DNA of 60,997 nt from positions 1 to 60,997 of the IMG/VR virus record IMGVR_UViG_3300048591_000195; one strand, 5' to 3'. This stretch comes from a virus. Taxonomy: Duplodnaviria; Caudoviricetes. Each line of letters begins with the position of its first letter. Position 1 is the first letter of the stretch. Under the pieces are notes generated by a model that ran no database searches, was not told the origin of the DNA, and was given only the letters and a program-made list of their open reading frames with translations. Of the stretch, positions 1 through 7,541 are shown one piece after another. A program made the position numbers and the translations under genes.

Positions 1-458
1 TCAATTACTACACGCTCACCCTTTTTGATCTTTATCTTTTTGCCGTCTTTGGTTACAATCTGAATATCCCTTACGGCTTCTGCGATAATATCGACCGTTC
101 CTTCCCATTCACTTACTGGCATTTTCTTTACCAGCTTATCCCCTACCGAAACAATCTTGAAGCCGATAAACATAGTGTCGCCCTCGGTAAAGAACCGCTT
201 GACGTACTTGGCATCGTTGTAAGCTTTTCGGTATGGCTCCATCATGTCCTTTCCTGATTTCATGTATTCAGGAACAGGAACCTTTCCTTCTTTAGGCAGG
301 GCACCTGTAAGGCAATACTCAAAGTACTGGCCTAACTTCATGGCCTTCGATGGATGGAGTAGTTTTCCATCAACCCAACAATGCCGAATAATGTTTCCGC
401 ACTTGTTTCCCTCAATGTATTCTTTAAAGGCTTTGTAAAATGATTGTGTGATTCTCAT
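1..458 (-). CDS. PD-(D/E)XK / Cas4-like exonuclease, N-terminal part (runs off window start)
   Basis: Not in the ORF track. My translation from ATG 458 reads MRITQSFYKAFKEYIEGNKCG...AMKLGQYFE...EGTVDIIA...VVI(D) and stays open to base 1. It lies next to ERF. Confidence 0.7.
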   Translation of the reverse strand, partial: MRITQSFYKAFKEYIEGNKCGNIIRHCWVDGKLLHPSKAMKLGQYFEYCLTGALPKEGKVPVPEYMKSGKDMMEPYRKAYNDAKYVKRFFTEGDTMFIGFKIVSVGDKLVKKMPVSEWEGTVDIIAEAVRDIQIVTKDGKKIKIKKGERVVI

Positions 459-640
459 ACAACATCCTTTAAAGCGTCCTTCAATATTTTCAGCTTCGAT
501 ACATCAGCCAATATGCCAACCTTTCGGCTTCCATCTGGAAGGTCAACGACAAAACTAAATTCAGGGCACGTTCCATGAGGGATAAATTCAATCTTCATCC
601 CCGGCTCCGATAACTGTATTGTGGTTCTTTTTCGTGTCAT
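455..640 (-). CDS. hypothetical protein
   Basis: 61 aa ORF coupled by ATGA overlaps on both sides. Confidence 0.65.
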   Translation of the reverse strand: MTRKRTTIQLSEPGMKIEFIPHGTCPEFSFVVDLPDGSRKVGILADVSKLKILKDALKDVV

Positions 641-1494
641 GGCTTCTTCTTTGATTGTTCGATTATTTCAAGTGCCTTCCTGCGTTCTTCTGACAAATCA
701 AAATGCTTTTCAATCTGTTCAATTGTCAACGGTTCTTTTTTCCCGTTATCAGGATTAACTCCTGATTGCATCCACTTCATACACTTCTTGAATTGTGAAT
801 CGCTCATGTCACGATCATTTACTGGCGGCTTCTTTCCTTCTTTTTCTTTTTTTCCACCATCATTGTCAGTATCAGCCGTAACCAATCCAAGCGCACCAAT
901 CAATGTATAACGCTCCAGGTAGGTAGTAGATGATCCGCGTGACTGAATCGCGTTCTTGAATCCCGAATAATCAACAGGCCCGGTCATTGTGGTTTCTTCT
1001 GAATGGCCTTGCTTATGTGTCAGGATGCACGTAACCTCAATATCTTTGTCGGTAATAATTTCACGTAAAACCTTTTCAAGCTGGCTCAACTTCTTTTTCT
1101 CGAAGTCATGCGCCTGTGCAACCGTGATAATCTGTTCAATTGTGTATGGGGTTTCTTTCTTTAAATCCCTGAATTTGTATTTGTAAGAAAAACCGCATTC
1201 ATACAAAGGTGCCTTAATCACCTCAACAATTTTATCCAGTTCGGCATAGGAGTATGTATTATCATACCCCTTTTTGTTTTTCTTAATCGCTGGAACAATT
1301 GATTGAAATTTGGATAGGGCTTCATCAAAAGCAGCCTTGGCCTGACGGGCCAGCCATTTCTCCTGCAAGGCCATTAGCTTTTCAAGTGTCTCAATACTTG
1401 CCCCTGATTCAATGGCCTTTGCCATCAATGTGTCGGGTGTTTGAATTACCAATGCGGCCTCTGATTGATCTGTTTTTTTAAGTGCTGTTTCCAT
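637..1494 (-). CDS. erf: ERF-family single-strand annealing protein
   Basis: LEKLMALQE, YSYAELD, H..GHSE, IQSRGSSTTYLERYTL..ALGL...DTDNDG motifs. Confidence 0.9.
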   Translation of the reverse strand: METALKKTDQSEAALVIQTPDTLMAKAIESGASIETLEKLMALQEKWLARQAKAAFDEALSKFQSIVPAIKKNKKGYDNTYSYAELDKIVEVIKAPLYECGFSYKYKFRDLKKETPYTIEQIITVAQAHDFEKKKLSQLEKVLREIITDKDIEVTCILTHKQGHSEETTMTGPVDYSGFKNAIQSRGSSTTYLERYTLIGALGLVTADTDNDGGKKEKEGKKPPVNDRDMSDSQFKKCMKWMQSGVNPDNGKKEPLTIEQIEKHFDLSEERRKALEIIEQSKKKP

Positions 1495-1504
1495 GATTTA
1501 TTTG

Positions 1505-1771
1505 TTAGTTGTTTGATTCCATAAATTCGGAATTTTTCCGGTCAAGTTCAAGGTTTTCGAGTAATTTATTCAGCGTGGTTATCTGACGGTTTACCCGCAC
1601 ATTTGTAAGCAGCATTTCAGATATACGCTTACCCGTTAGCCTTGCGTGTTTAGCTGCCCACCATTCAGGGCCAATCACAACCTGATTGTTTGAGAGCAGA
1701 ACCAGGTACTTTGTTTCCTTGCGCCTTAGTTTGCTTTTTAGAGGCTTGTTTGAGCAGGTTTGTATTTTCAT
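1505..1771 (-). CDS. hypothetical protein
   Basis: 88 aa ORF in the coupled early operon. Confidence 0.6.
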   Translation of the reverse strand: MKIQTCSNKPLKSKLRRKETKYLVLLSNNQVVIGPEWWAAKHARLTGKRISEMLLTNVRVNRQITTLNKLLENLELDRKNSEFMESNN

Positions 1772-1962
1772 AGTTCCAAAAGTTTTTTGATTTCAGGGTT
1801 AAAATTGATTGCCGCCAATGTGCTGCCAGCGTCATTTAGGGCTTTATCAATTTCCATCAAACGGGATAAATCAAAACCTGATTCACCGGTTAACGATACT
1901 TTATTAACAATATGCCGAACGTCTTGAATAGCAATGATCTGCTGCTGAATGGTGGTTTTCAT
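1768..1962 (-). CDS. hypothetical protein
   Basis: 64 aa, ATGA overlaps. Confidence 0.6.
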   Translation of the reverse strand: MKTTIQQQIIAIQDVRHIVNKVSLTGESGFDLSRLMEIDKALNDAGSTLAAINFNPEIKKLLEL

Positions 1963-2327
1963 TGCTGTAAAAGTTCAGGGTTCTCGTAGATGTTTCCGAT
2001 TACTTCAATGCCATCAGACTGGTTTTTTCGCCAAGCAAAATTCGTATTGTATTGAAAAGCAATAGTTATAATCTTTTCAACTGTATAACCAAAAGCGCCA
2101 TTACAAAACTCAACAACATGATTTGAAATATCAAAACACCTAACAATATCGCCTTCGTAAATGGGCACACCGTTCTTGTCGTGAAGACCGGTGAATTGCA
2201 ATAGTATCCCACACTCAGATATATTAGTAGGAACTCTATGTGCAAATTGATTTGCGGTAAAAGGCTGAGTCATTTTTTCACCCCATCCTTTCTTATACCA
2301 AATTTTGAATTTTATTTCCCTGCTCAT
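1959..2327 (-). CDS. YopX-family protein
   Basis: REIKF...LQFTGLHDKNG.PIYEGDIV...EVIGNIYENPELL signature. Confidence 0.92.
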   Translation of the reverse strand: MSREIKFKIWYKKGWGEKMTQPFTANQFAHRVPTNISECGILLQFTGLHDKNGVPIYEGDIVRCFDISNHVVEFCNGAFGYTVEKIITIAFQYNTNFAWRKNQSDGIEVIGNIYENPELLQQ

Positions 2328-2509
2328 TTCGTTATTTCAATTTCAATTTTATCCTCCAATTCTTCCAAGTCTCTTATTACACTTTTGTAATCAAAGCCGG
2401 AGTACTTCTGTTGAATCTCCGCTATGTTTCGCGCGGAGGCTAAAAGCATTCTTAAATCCCGCAGACTTTCCTCGTCTCCGGTGATTTGTAGGTTTTCAAA
2501 GGTGGTCAT
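2324..2509 (-). CDS. hypothetical protein
   Basis: 61 aa, ATGA overlaps. Confidence 0.6.
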   Translation of the reverse strand: MTTFENLQITGDEESLRDLRMLLASARNIAEIQQKYSGFDYKSVIRDLEELEDKIEIEITK

Positions 2510-3021
2510 TTTAGTAGGGATAAAACAGAATCAGTTAAAAGCTCTCGACATATATTTGCCGTTTCAAGTTGGTTTTTAGTTCGAGCAGCAGCATAAGCAG
2601 CATAAGCAGCATCATCAGCAGCAGCATAAGCAGCATCAGCAGCAGCATAAGCAGCATAAGCAGCATCATCAGCAGCAGCATAAGCAGCATAAGCAGCAGC
2701 AGCATAAGCAGCATCAGCAGCAGCATAAGCAGCATCAGCAGCAGCATCCAGTTCATCGCGTGTGGCTAATCCGTCTGAAAACTTTAACGCTATCTCGCAA
2801 GCTTTTATGGAGCGTTCATCTTTCATTAAATGCCTAACGGTCAAGGCACACTTAGCTTTTGCTTTCGTTAGGATTTTAAAATCAACGTCCAAACGTTTGG
2901 CAAGCCAAAGCATCCAGTCACCGCGTGGACATTCATTCCATGCCTGTTCAAAAGATGAATATTTTGCCCGAAACTCTAAGGCATCACTGCATGGATCAAA
3001 TTTCTCTATTTCATATTTCAT
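2506..3021 (-). CDS. phage protein with Ala-rich (AADAAYA) repeat, Imm5-like helical family
   Basis: PC.DA...AW..CPRGDWMLWL...MKDERS..A pattern followed by A/D/Y repeats. Confidence 0.7.
   Translation of the reverse strand: MKYEIEKFDPCSDALEFRAKYSSFEQAWNECPRGDWMLWLAKRLDVDFKILTKAKAKCALTVRHLMKDERSIKACEIALKFSDGLATRDELDAAADAAYAAADAAYAAAAYAAYAAADDAAYAAYAAADAAYAAADDAAYAAYAAARTKNQLETANICRELLTDSVLSLLK
2583..2748. repeat. imperfect tandem GCA/GCATAA/GCATCA repeat inside a CDS
   Basis: visible array gcagcataagcagca... Confidence 0.9.
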
Positions 3022-3022
3022 T

Positions 3023-3217
3023 TCAGTAGGGATTTAGCTTTTTGGATAACAAGGTTCTAATCTCAATAAGCTGTTTACTTTTGAGATAGATATGCCCATT
3101 GCACGAACACGCAACATCATACAAAATTTCCAACGCCTCCTCAAGCTGGGCAATGCGTTTTTCCTGATCCTGATTTTTCTTTATAAGTTGTTCTGCCAGT
3201 TGTTCGTATACTTTCAT
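3023..3217 (-). CDS. hypothetical coiled-coil protein
   Basis: 64 aa ORF in operon. Confidence 0.6.
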   Translation of the reverse strand: MKVYEQLAEQLIKKNQDQEKRIAQLEEALEILYDVACSCNGHIYLKSKQLIEIRTLLSKKLNPY

Positions 3218-3642
3218 ATCTTCGATTGTTCATTGTACCATTTGATGAATTCGACTACAGCTTCGTAAGTTGCTTTGATAAGACTTTCATCTTCATGAAG
3301 TGTCATTCTGTTTATTCTTACCATAAACTTCCCTGAGTTATTAAGCATTGCAAATGTCCTCGGATATGCATAATCGTATTCGGTTATGTTTTTATAGCCG
3401 TTATTACTTTTAAATTCCTCATAGTAATACTTTGAAATCTTCTCAACCACAGGCATAAGCCAATCCCATGAGACATCAAAGAAAAATTTACCTTGTTGTT
3501 TTGTTGCCCATAGTGGAGGATTATCGTGATAATATAAATCACCATTAAGTATCTTTTTCCACCCCATAAATTCCGCTATTAGACAATTATTCTCCATAGT
3601 GGCAATCAATTCGTTGTCAGTTTTCATATCTGCACCCTCCAT
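3214..3642 (-). CDS. conserved Bacteroidota-phage hypothetical protein (likely start 3627)
   Basis: N.LIAEFMG...SWDWLMPVVEKI...ATYEAVVEFIKWYN motif. Confidence 0.75.
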   Translation of the reverse strand: MEGADMKTDNELIATMENNCLIAEFMGWKKILNGDLYYHDNPPLWATKQQGKFFFDVSWDWLMPVVEKISKYYYEEFKSNNGYKNITEYDYAYPRTFAMLNNSGKFMVRINRMTLHEDESLIKATYEAVVEFIKWYNEQSKI

Positions 3643-3770
3643 AGGTTAGGTAAATATTCTGTAACTATTCCACTAAATACATGAGCGAAAGTATCCGCTT
3701 CTCTTTTGTCGGTTGTGTAGTAAATCCTCCGGGACTTACCGTTCACAAAGTAGGTGTCATCGTAGTTCAT
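3624..3770 (-). CDS. small hypothetical protein (48 aa)
   Basis: Manual translation MNYDDTYFVNGKSRRIYY...; fills the gap with overlapping start and stop codons. Confidence 0.55.
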   Translation of the reverse strand: MNYDDTYFVNGKSRRIYYTTDKREADTFAHVFSGIVTEYLPNLWRVQI

Positions 3771-4369
3771 TAGTCAATTCCAATAAAAAAGTTTGTTAAT
3801 TCCCCGCTTGGGGGCGAGTCTATTTCCTGTTCCTGTTCTTGTGGTTTTGGCATATCCTGAATGGCCTCAATAAGTTTTTTCATTTCCCCTAAACATATTG
3901 AAAATCCTTTCTTATAGTACCTAAATGCTCTACTCATAGTGCTTGCTGGATACGTGATCTTGTTAACCATTAATTGCCTTTTAGCTAAATCAATAAAGGT
4001 TGTTTCACCAAAGTAGACTTTTTCATTATCCACCGCAAACATCGAAACAGTAAAATCAAAATTATCAATTGTAGCTTGAGGTGTGTCAAAGAACTTTTTA
4101 ACAAGGTCATAAGTTTTGCCTTTGTGTTTTACCTTCATCCCGTTATCACTTTCCCATTTCACCTCAGCGTTTTGTTTTTTGAAATGGTCTTTGGCTTTAT
4201 TGTATTCTACTTCATTCGGGAAAAACAAATCATAATCTGTTTTAATAGCAATTCCCATAAAGTAATCACGTAAAGCTCCACCAGCAAGCCAGCAATTTAT
4301 ACCAGCCTCTTTAAGCTCGGTAAGTATTATTTTACCGTAACGTTCGACTGCATTATCAAGTTGTATCAT
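3770..4369 (-). CDS. nucleotidyltransferase (CCA-adding/poly(A) polymerase head-like, standalone)
   Basis: LAGGALRD...DYDLFF and FDFTV motifs. Confidence 0.8.
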   Translation of the reverse strand: MIQLDNAVERYGKIILTELKEAGINCWLAGGALRDYFMGIAIKTDYDLFFPNEVEYNKAKDHFKKQNAEVKWESDNGMKVKHKGKTYDLVKKFFDTPQATIDNFDFTVSMFAVDNEKVYFGETTFIDLAKRQLMVNKITYPASTMSRAFRYYKKGFSICLGEMKKLIEAIQDMPKPQEQEQEIDSPPSGELTNFFIGID

Positions 4370-4662
4370 CAGTTCAAATGTTCAGTCGTTTCTAAAACCT
4401 CACCGGTGAATGAGTCGATAACCCTATCTATCAGTTCCTCGCGTACCTGATCACGGGCATACTTATCATCCCTAAATGATGCCCACTCGCTATGTGATTT
4501 CCTTTGCCTGTCGGCCTCAGCGTCTACTTCTTTTTCAAGATCGTAGGCCGCACCTACTAAAACGAACTCCTGAGCCTTGCCTTCTTCAATGCAAAATAAA
4601 ACGATGTTTCCGGCATCTATCGAAGCCTCGCATTCTAAGCCTTTAAATTTTACTGTTGTCAT
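4369..4662 (-). CDS. hypothetical protein
   Basis: 97 aa, A-rich leader containing the UCAACUAAC motif. Confidence 0.65.
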   Translation of the reverse strand: MTTVKFKGLECEASIDAGNIVLFCIEEGKAQEFVLVGAAYDLEKEVDAEADRQRKSHSEWASFRDDKYARDQVREELIDRVIDSFTGEVLETTEHLN

Positions 4663-4732
4663 AGTTGTTTGCGTTTTGTTAGTTGAAACCGGTTCGCGGG
4701 TTGCCGGTGCCCGTCCTGAATGAAGGAAACGA

Positions 4733-5257
4733 TCAAGGAACCTCCTTCCAGGTAATTCTATTAATTATTCGTCTAACATTGGTTCTTGATATTTTAAAAG
4801 CAGAAGCAATCGTTTTAATTGAAACACCTTTATCAAAACAAGATCGTATGCAAATAATAGCATCCTTATTGAGTTTTGTATTCCAATGTGACTCACCAAT
4901 AAATGCTTTAAAGTTTTGCGGATTGCCCCTTCTTTTCCATAACTCAGGAGAGCGCTTCAATGAGTGCTGAATATTTTCAGATGGATTAACCCATTGTAAG
5001 TTTGATAAATTATTATTCAATTTATCAGCATCAATATGATTGACTTGTGGTTTGTTTTCAGGATTAGGAATGAATGCCTCGGCCAATATCCTGTGAACTA
5101 AAAAATTAACACTTTTACGATTGGCATCTTTTAAAACAACCGATTCATACCCACTTTTACTTACGTGAGTTTTAATAGGCTTTAAGGATGGGCTTAAAAT
5201 AAGCCCGTCCTTAGTAATTGAATATTCTCTAAAAAAGACTTTCATATCAGGAAACAC
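4733..5257 (-). CDS. HNH homing endonuclease with C-terminal HTH (likely start 5245)
   Basis: VHRILAEAFIPNPENKPQVNHIDADKLNN.LSNLQWV..SENI.H; GESHWNTKL. Confidence 0.92.
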   Translation of the reverse strand: MFPDMKVFFREYSITKDGLILSPSLKPIKTHVSKSGYESVVLKDANRKSVNFLVHRILAEAFIPNPENKPQVNHIDADKLNNNLSNLQWVNPSENIQHSLKRSPELWKRRGNPQNFKAFIGESHWNTKLNKDAIICIRSCFDKGVSIKTIASAFKISRTNVRRIINRITWKEVP

Positions 5258-5423
5258 TCAGGAGATTTGAAATTTCCTCAAGATGCCTAACTGTGTTGGC
5301 AATTGTATTATAATCTACCAGCTTATTTGCTTTTTGATTTTCAAAAGAATCTTCATGGAAATTCTTTAACTTATTAGCTACTGATTGAGCCATTTTTGCG
5401 AGTTGCTTTTTACTCTTTTTCAT
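5247..5423 (-). CDS. small hypothetical protein (58 aa), first gene of the early operon
   Basis: Manual translation MKKSKKQLAKMAQSVANKL...LLSVS*. Confidence 0.6.
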   Translation of the reverse strand: MKKSKKQLAKMAQSVANKLKNFHEDSFENQKANKLVDYNTIANTVRHLEEISNLLSVS

Positions 5424-5476
5424 AATGATCGTTTTTAGTTCGGGGAATCGGCCCCGTCCGTTTGTTGTTGATGATT

Positions 5477-5515
5477 CAAAGTAAAGTATTTTTATTGACT
5501 TTTTAAAATATCCAT
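5477..5515 (-). promoter_or_regulatory. candidate early promoter
   Basis: TTACTTTG, near the TAnnTTTG -7 consensus, at 5484-5477 in an AT-rich intergenic region; the -33 box is weak. Confidence 0.45.
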
Positions 5516-5544
5516 AAAAATATTTTTCAACTTTTTTTCAGGAA

Positions 5545-5575
5545 TTTGGTTTTTAGGCTGTTTTCTGTACTTTTG
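5545..5575 (+). promoter_or_regulatory. Bacteroidota sigma70-type promoter
   Basis: TTTG(5545-48)-N19-TACTTTTG(5568-75), consensus match. Confidence 0.75.
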
Positions 5576-5579
5576 AAAC

Positions 5580-6030
5580 GATTGGGGCTGTCTGTATCTG
5601 TTATGGCATTGGCTAATACAGACACCCCAAAAGCATTAAGAGCCGATTTTTTGAGGATGCCACCGAAAAAAGTCGGCTTTTTGCTGTAATAAGTGGTTCG
5701 TTTACGGGAACGCTAAGCCTCGAACAGCAATAACAGGCAAAAAGCAAACCGGTTGAGATAAACTCAGCCATGAGCCCAGAGGACTCACGGCTGGTATAGG
5801 CAGGTGGATAAAATTCCGGGCAATGTACCAAAGGCGACAACCCGGCCGTAAAAAAATGACTCACCTCATTTCACCTGACCCCGGTACGGATTCCGGATGT
5901 TTATCGTCAGCCCGAACGATTTCGGATGCTAACAGGACAAAGATAATGCTTTTTATTCTTGTCTATCCCTAATCGTTAACCGTAACCTTTGTAATGAGGT
6001 TTTACGGATAGGCCTTAGTGTATCAAGTAA
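5580..6030 (+). ncRNA. candidate large structured non-coding RNA
   Basis: Follows a consensus promoter, contains many inverted repeats and has no credible ORF. Confidence 0.5.
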
Positions 6031-6065
6031 CTAAGATAAAGAATCAAAAAAAGAAGTTCAGATAA

Positions 6066-6101
6066 TAAAAAAAAACCCCGGGACATCTCGTGAACCGGGG
6101 C
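6066..6101 (-). terminator. rho-independent terminator closing the late/lysis operon
   Basis: CCCCGGttcacgagatgtcCCGGGG followed by T9 on the minus strand. Confidence 0.8.
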
Positions 6102-6132
6102 TAAACGCATGACAAAACAAAAAAGCTATCAG
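6066..6132 (-). ncRNA. candidate small RNA ending in an intrinsic terminator
   Basis: TTG-N20-TAGGTTTG promoter at 6168-6138, then CCCCGG..CCGGGG hairpin plus U-tract. Confidence 0.45.
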
Positions 6133-6142
6133 TACGACAAAC

Positions 6143-6658
6143 CTACAACATCAGAACCAATAAAACAACTATCACTGCACCCTCAATAAACACCACCCTG
6201 AAAAGCTGCTTTATTTTCGATTTAAACGCCTTGCGGTCTATATCGTGTATTTCCTTGGCTAACTCGTATTCGCGCTCCCAGCGGCTTATAACAAACAATA
6301 GCGCCTCGTTTTCGCCATCCTTTAACTGGATAGCCCGTGAATGCCCCGAAACAAGGTTATTCAGGTCGGCTATCTGTATAGCCTGCTCCCGCTGCAATGA
6401 ATCACATACCCGACCTTTTCTGACCTCAAAGACCATAGCATCAAAGACTTTTTCAGGCACCGGAAAGCCCTGGCCCTCGCACGTTTGAACTCCAAAAATG
6501 GAGCAAAACAATAACAGAAAAATAATTCCGACTATTACCCGGTCGGTCTTTGTCATTTCCTTTTCGTGCCTTTCTTCATGGAAGTTCATAGAATTGTGGG
6601 TAAAGTTTCCGTAAAATTGAATCCCTTTGCGAATCGGTGTGGTATTGAACCCATACAA
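6143..6658 (-). CDS. putative spanin-like lysis protein (likely start near 6556, MTKTDRV)
   Basis: Hydrophobic signal with Cys, coiled coil and C-terminal hydrophobic tail; adjacent to the TM coiled-coil gene after the endolysin. Confidence 0.55.
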   Translation of the reverse strand: MYGFNTTPIRKGIQFYGNFTHNSMNFHEERHEKEMTKTDRVIVGIIFLLLFCSIFGVQTCEGQGFPVPEKVFDAMVFEVRKGRVCDSLQREQAIQIADLNNLVSGHSRAIQLKDGENEALLFVISRWEREYELAKEIHDIDRKAFKSKIKQLFRVVFIEGAVIVVLLVLML

Positions 6659-6935
6659 CGTCTTTCAGGCTCTTATTCAGTTTGGATATGGTTTTATCCC
6701 GTCCTGAAATCTGACCCGCTAATGAGCGATTAACTTCGATCTGGATGTCGAAGCTATCACGAAACAATTTGGCTACCCTAAAAAGGCTATCTTTCTCAAA
6801 CCGAACCTGCTTTAACTCGGTTTCCAGCTTCTCCTTTTGTTCCTCGTGGAACCGGTTTACCTGCCTGTGTACGACAAATAAGGATACCAGCAGCCCAAGC
6901 GAGACGATGGATAGAATGATTACGGCTATTTTCAT
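6576..6935 (-). CDS. putative i-spanin
   Basis: N-terminal TM plus coiled coil, in the lysis cassette. Confidence 0.6.
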   Translation of the reverse strand: MKIAVIILSIVSLGLLVSLFVVHRQVNRFHEEQKEKLETELKQVRFEKDSLFRVAKLFRDSFDIQIEVNRSLAGQISGRDKTISKLNKSLKDVVWVQYHTDSQRDSILRKLYPQFYELP

Positions 6936-6937
6936 GG

Positions 6938-7087
6938 CTATTTGACTTTAAGCGTGTGTGTTTCCCCACAAGTAAGACACTTGAATGTGTAAATGTGTTC
7001 TACCGGCTGGCCAAACTCAAACCGGTCTTTGTATATCGCCTCATAGCTTACTTGGCGGGGTTTGTGGTTAGGGCATTTGGGGGTCAT
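6938..7087 (-). CDS. small Zn-finger-like protein (49 aa)
   Basis: Manual translation MTPKCPNH...FKCLTCGETHTLKVK*. Confidence 0.55.
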   Translation of the reverse strand: MTPKCPNHKPRQVSYEAIYKDRFEFGQPVEHIYTFKCLTCGETHTLKVK

Positions 7088-7392
7088 AGGTTAATGACTT
7101 CTTTGAAGTAAAGAAAATGAGTTTTACCCTGTGGGTATTCATCAACATGAAACTTAAATTCAGGGTGCATTTTTTCAACAAGCTCTTTGGCTTGCTCCCG
7201 AAAATCAGCATTAACAACTATGCATATTCTCCCGCGCCTTCTTTCAAATGATGACTTAGCAAATCCTGAATCGGTATCCAATATCTTGTCATTCAAAATA
7301 CCGTTCGCTTTCAAAGCCTCATTCATTTCTTTTTGTAATTGCTTGTCATGCTTTCCTAAACATGAGTTTGCGATACCTGAATAATTTGTCAT
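7084..7392 (-). CDS. hypothetical protein (moron-like)
   Basis: 102 aa, preceded by an AT-rich promoter-like gap. Confidence 0.65.
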   Translation of the reverse strand: MTNYSGIANSCLGKHDKQLQKEMNEALKANGILNDKILDTDSGFAKSSFERRRGRICIVVNADFREQAKELVEKMHPEFKFHVDEYPQGKTHFLYFKEVINL

Positions 7393-7467
7393 GATGTTTG
7401 TCTGTTAATTGATACCCTAAAAGTAATTATGTAGATTTTAAAAACCTAATAATATTTCAAGAAAATA

Positions 7468-7535
7468 TCCGGTACGGCTCAAAATGGGTGAAAAATCAAC
7501 AGTACAACCAAATACCATGACCGAGCCGTACCGGA
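7468..7535. repeat. 13-bp perfect inverted repeat with a loop of about 40 nt
   Basis: TCCGGTACGGCTC ... GAGCCGTACCGGA. Confidence 0.85.
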
Positions 7536-7541
7536 AATGCC

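Noticed and set aside
2583-2748. Possible CRISPR or other spacer array
   Set aside because: Short codon-level repeats inside a CDS with no unique spacers; I saw no repeat-spacer array anywhere in the window
2535-2769. Poly-Leu/Met and poly-Ser ORFs
   Set aside because: Alternative-frame shadows of the Ala-rich repeat
4733-5257. Group I intron around the HNH gene
   Set aside because: Flanking ORFs look complete and no intron core was recognised; it appears free-standing
5613-5864. 83-aa minus-strand ORF
   Set aside because: Atypical composition, overlaps the structured region, and has no coupling or leader
5583-6030. tmRNA or RNase P RNA (starts GGGGCTG)
   Set aside because: No GAxTCGAC after the 5' stem, no T-arm/CCA 3' end, and no GAGGAAAGTCC
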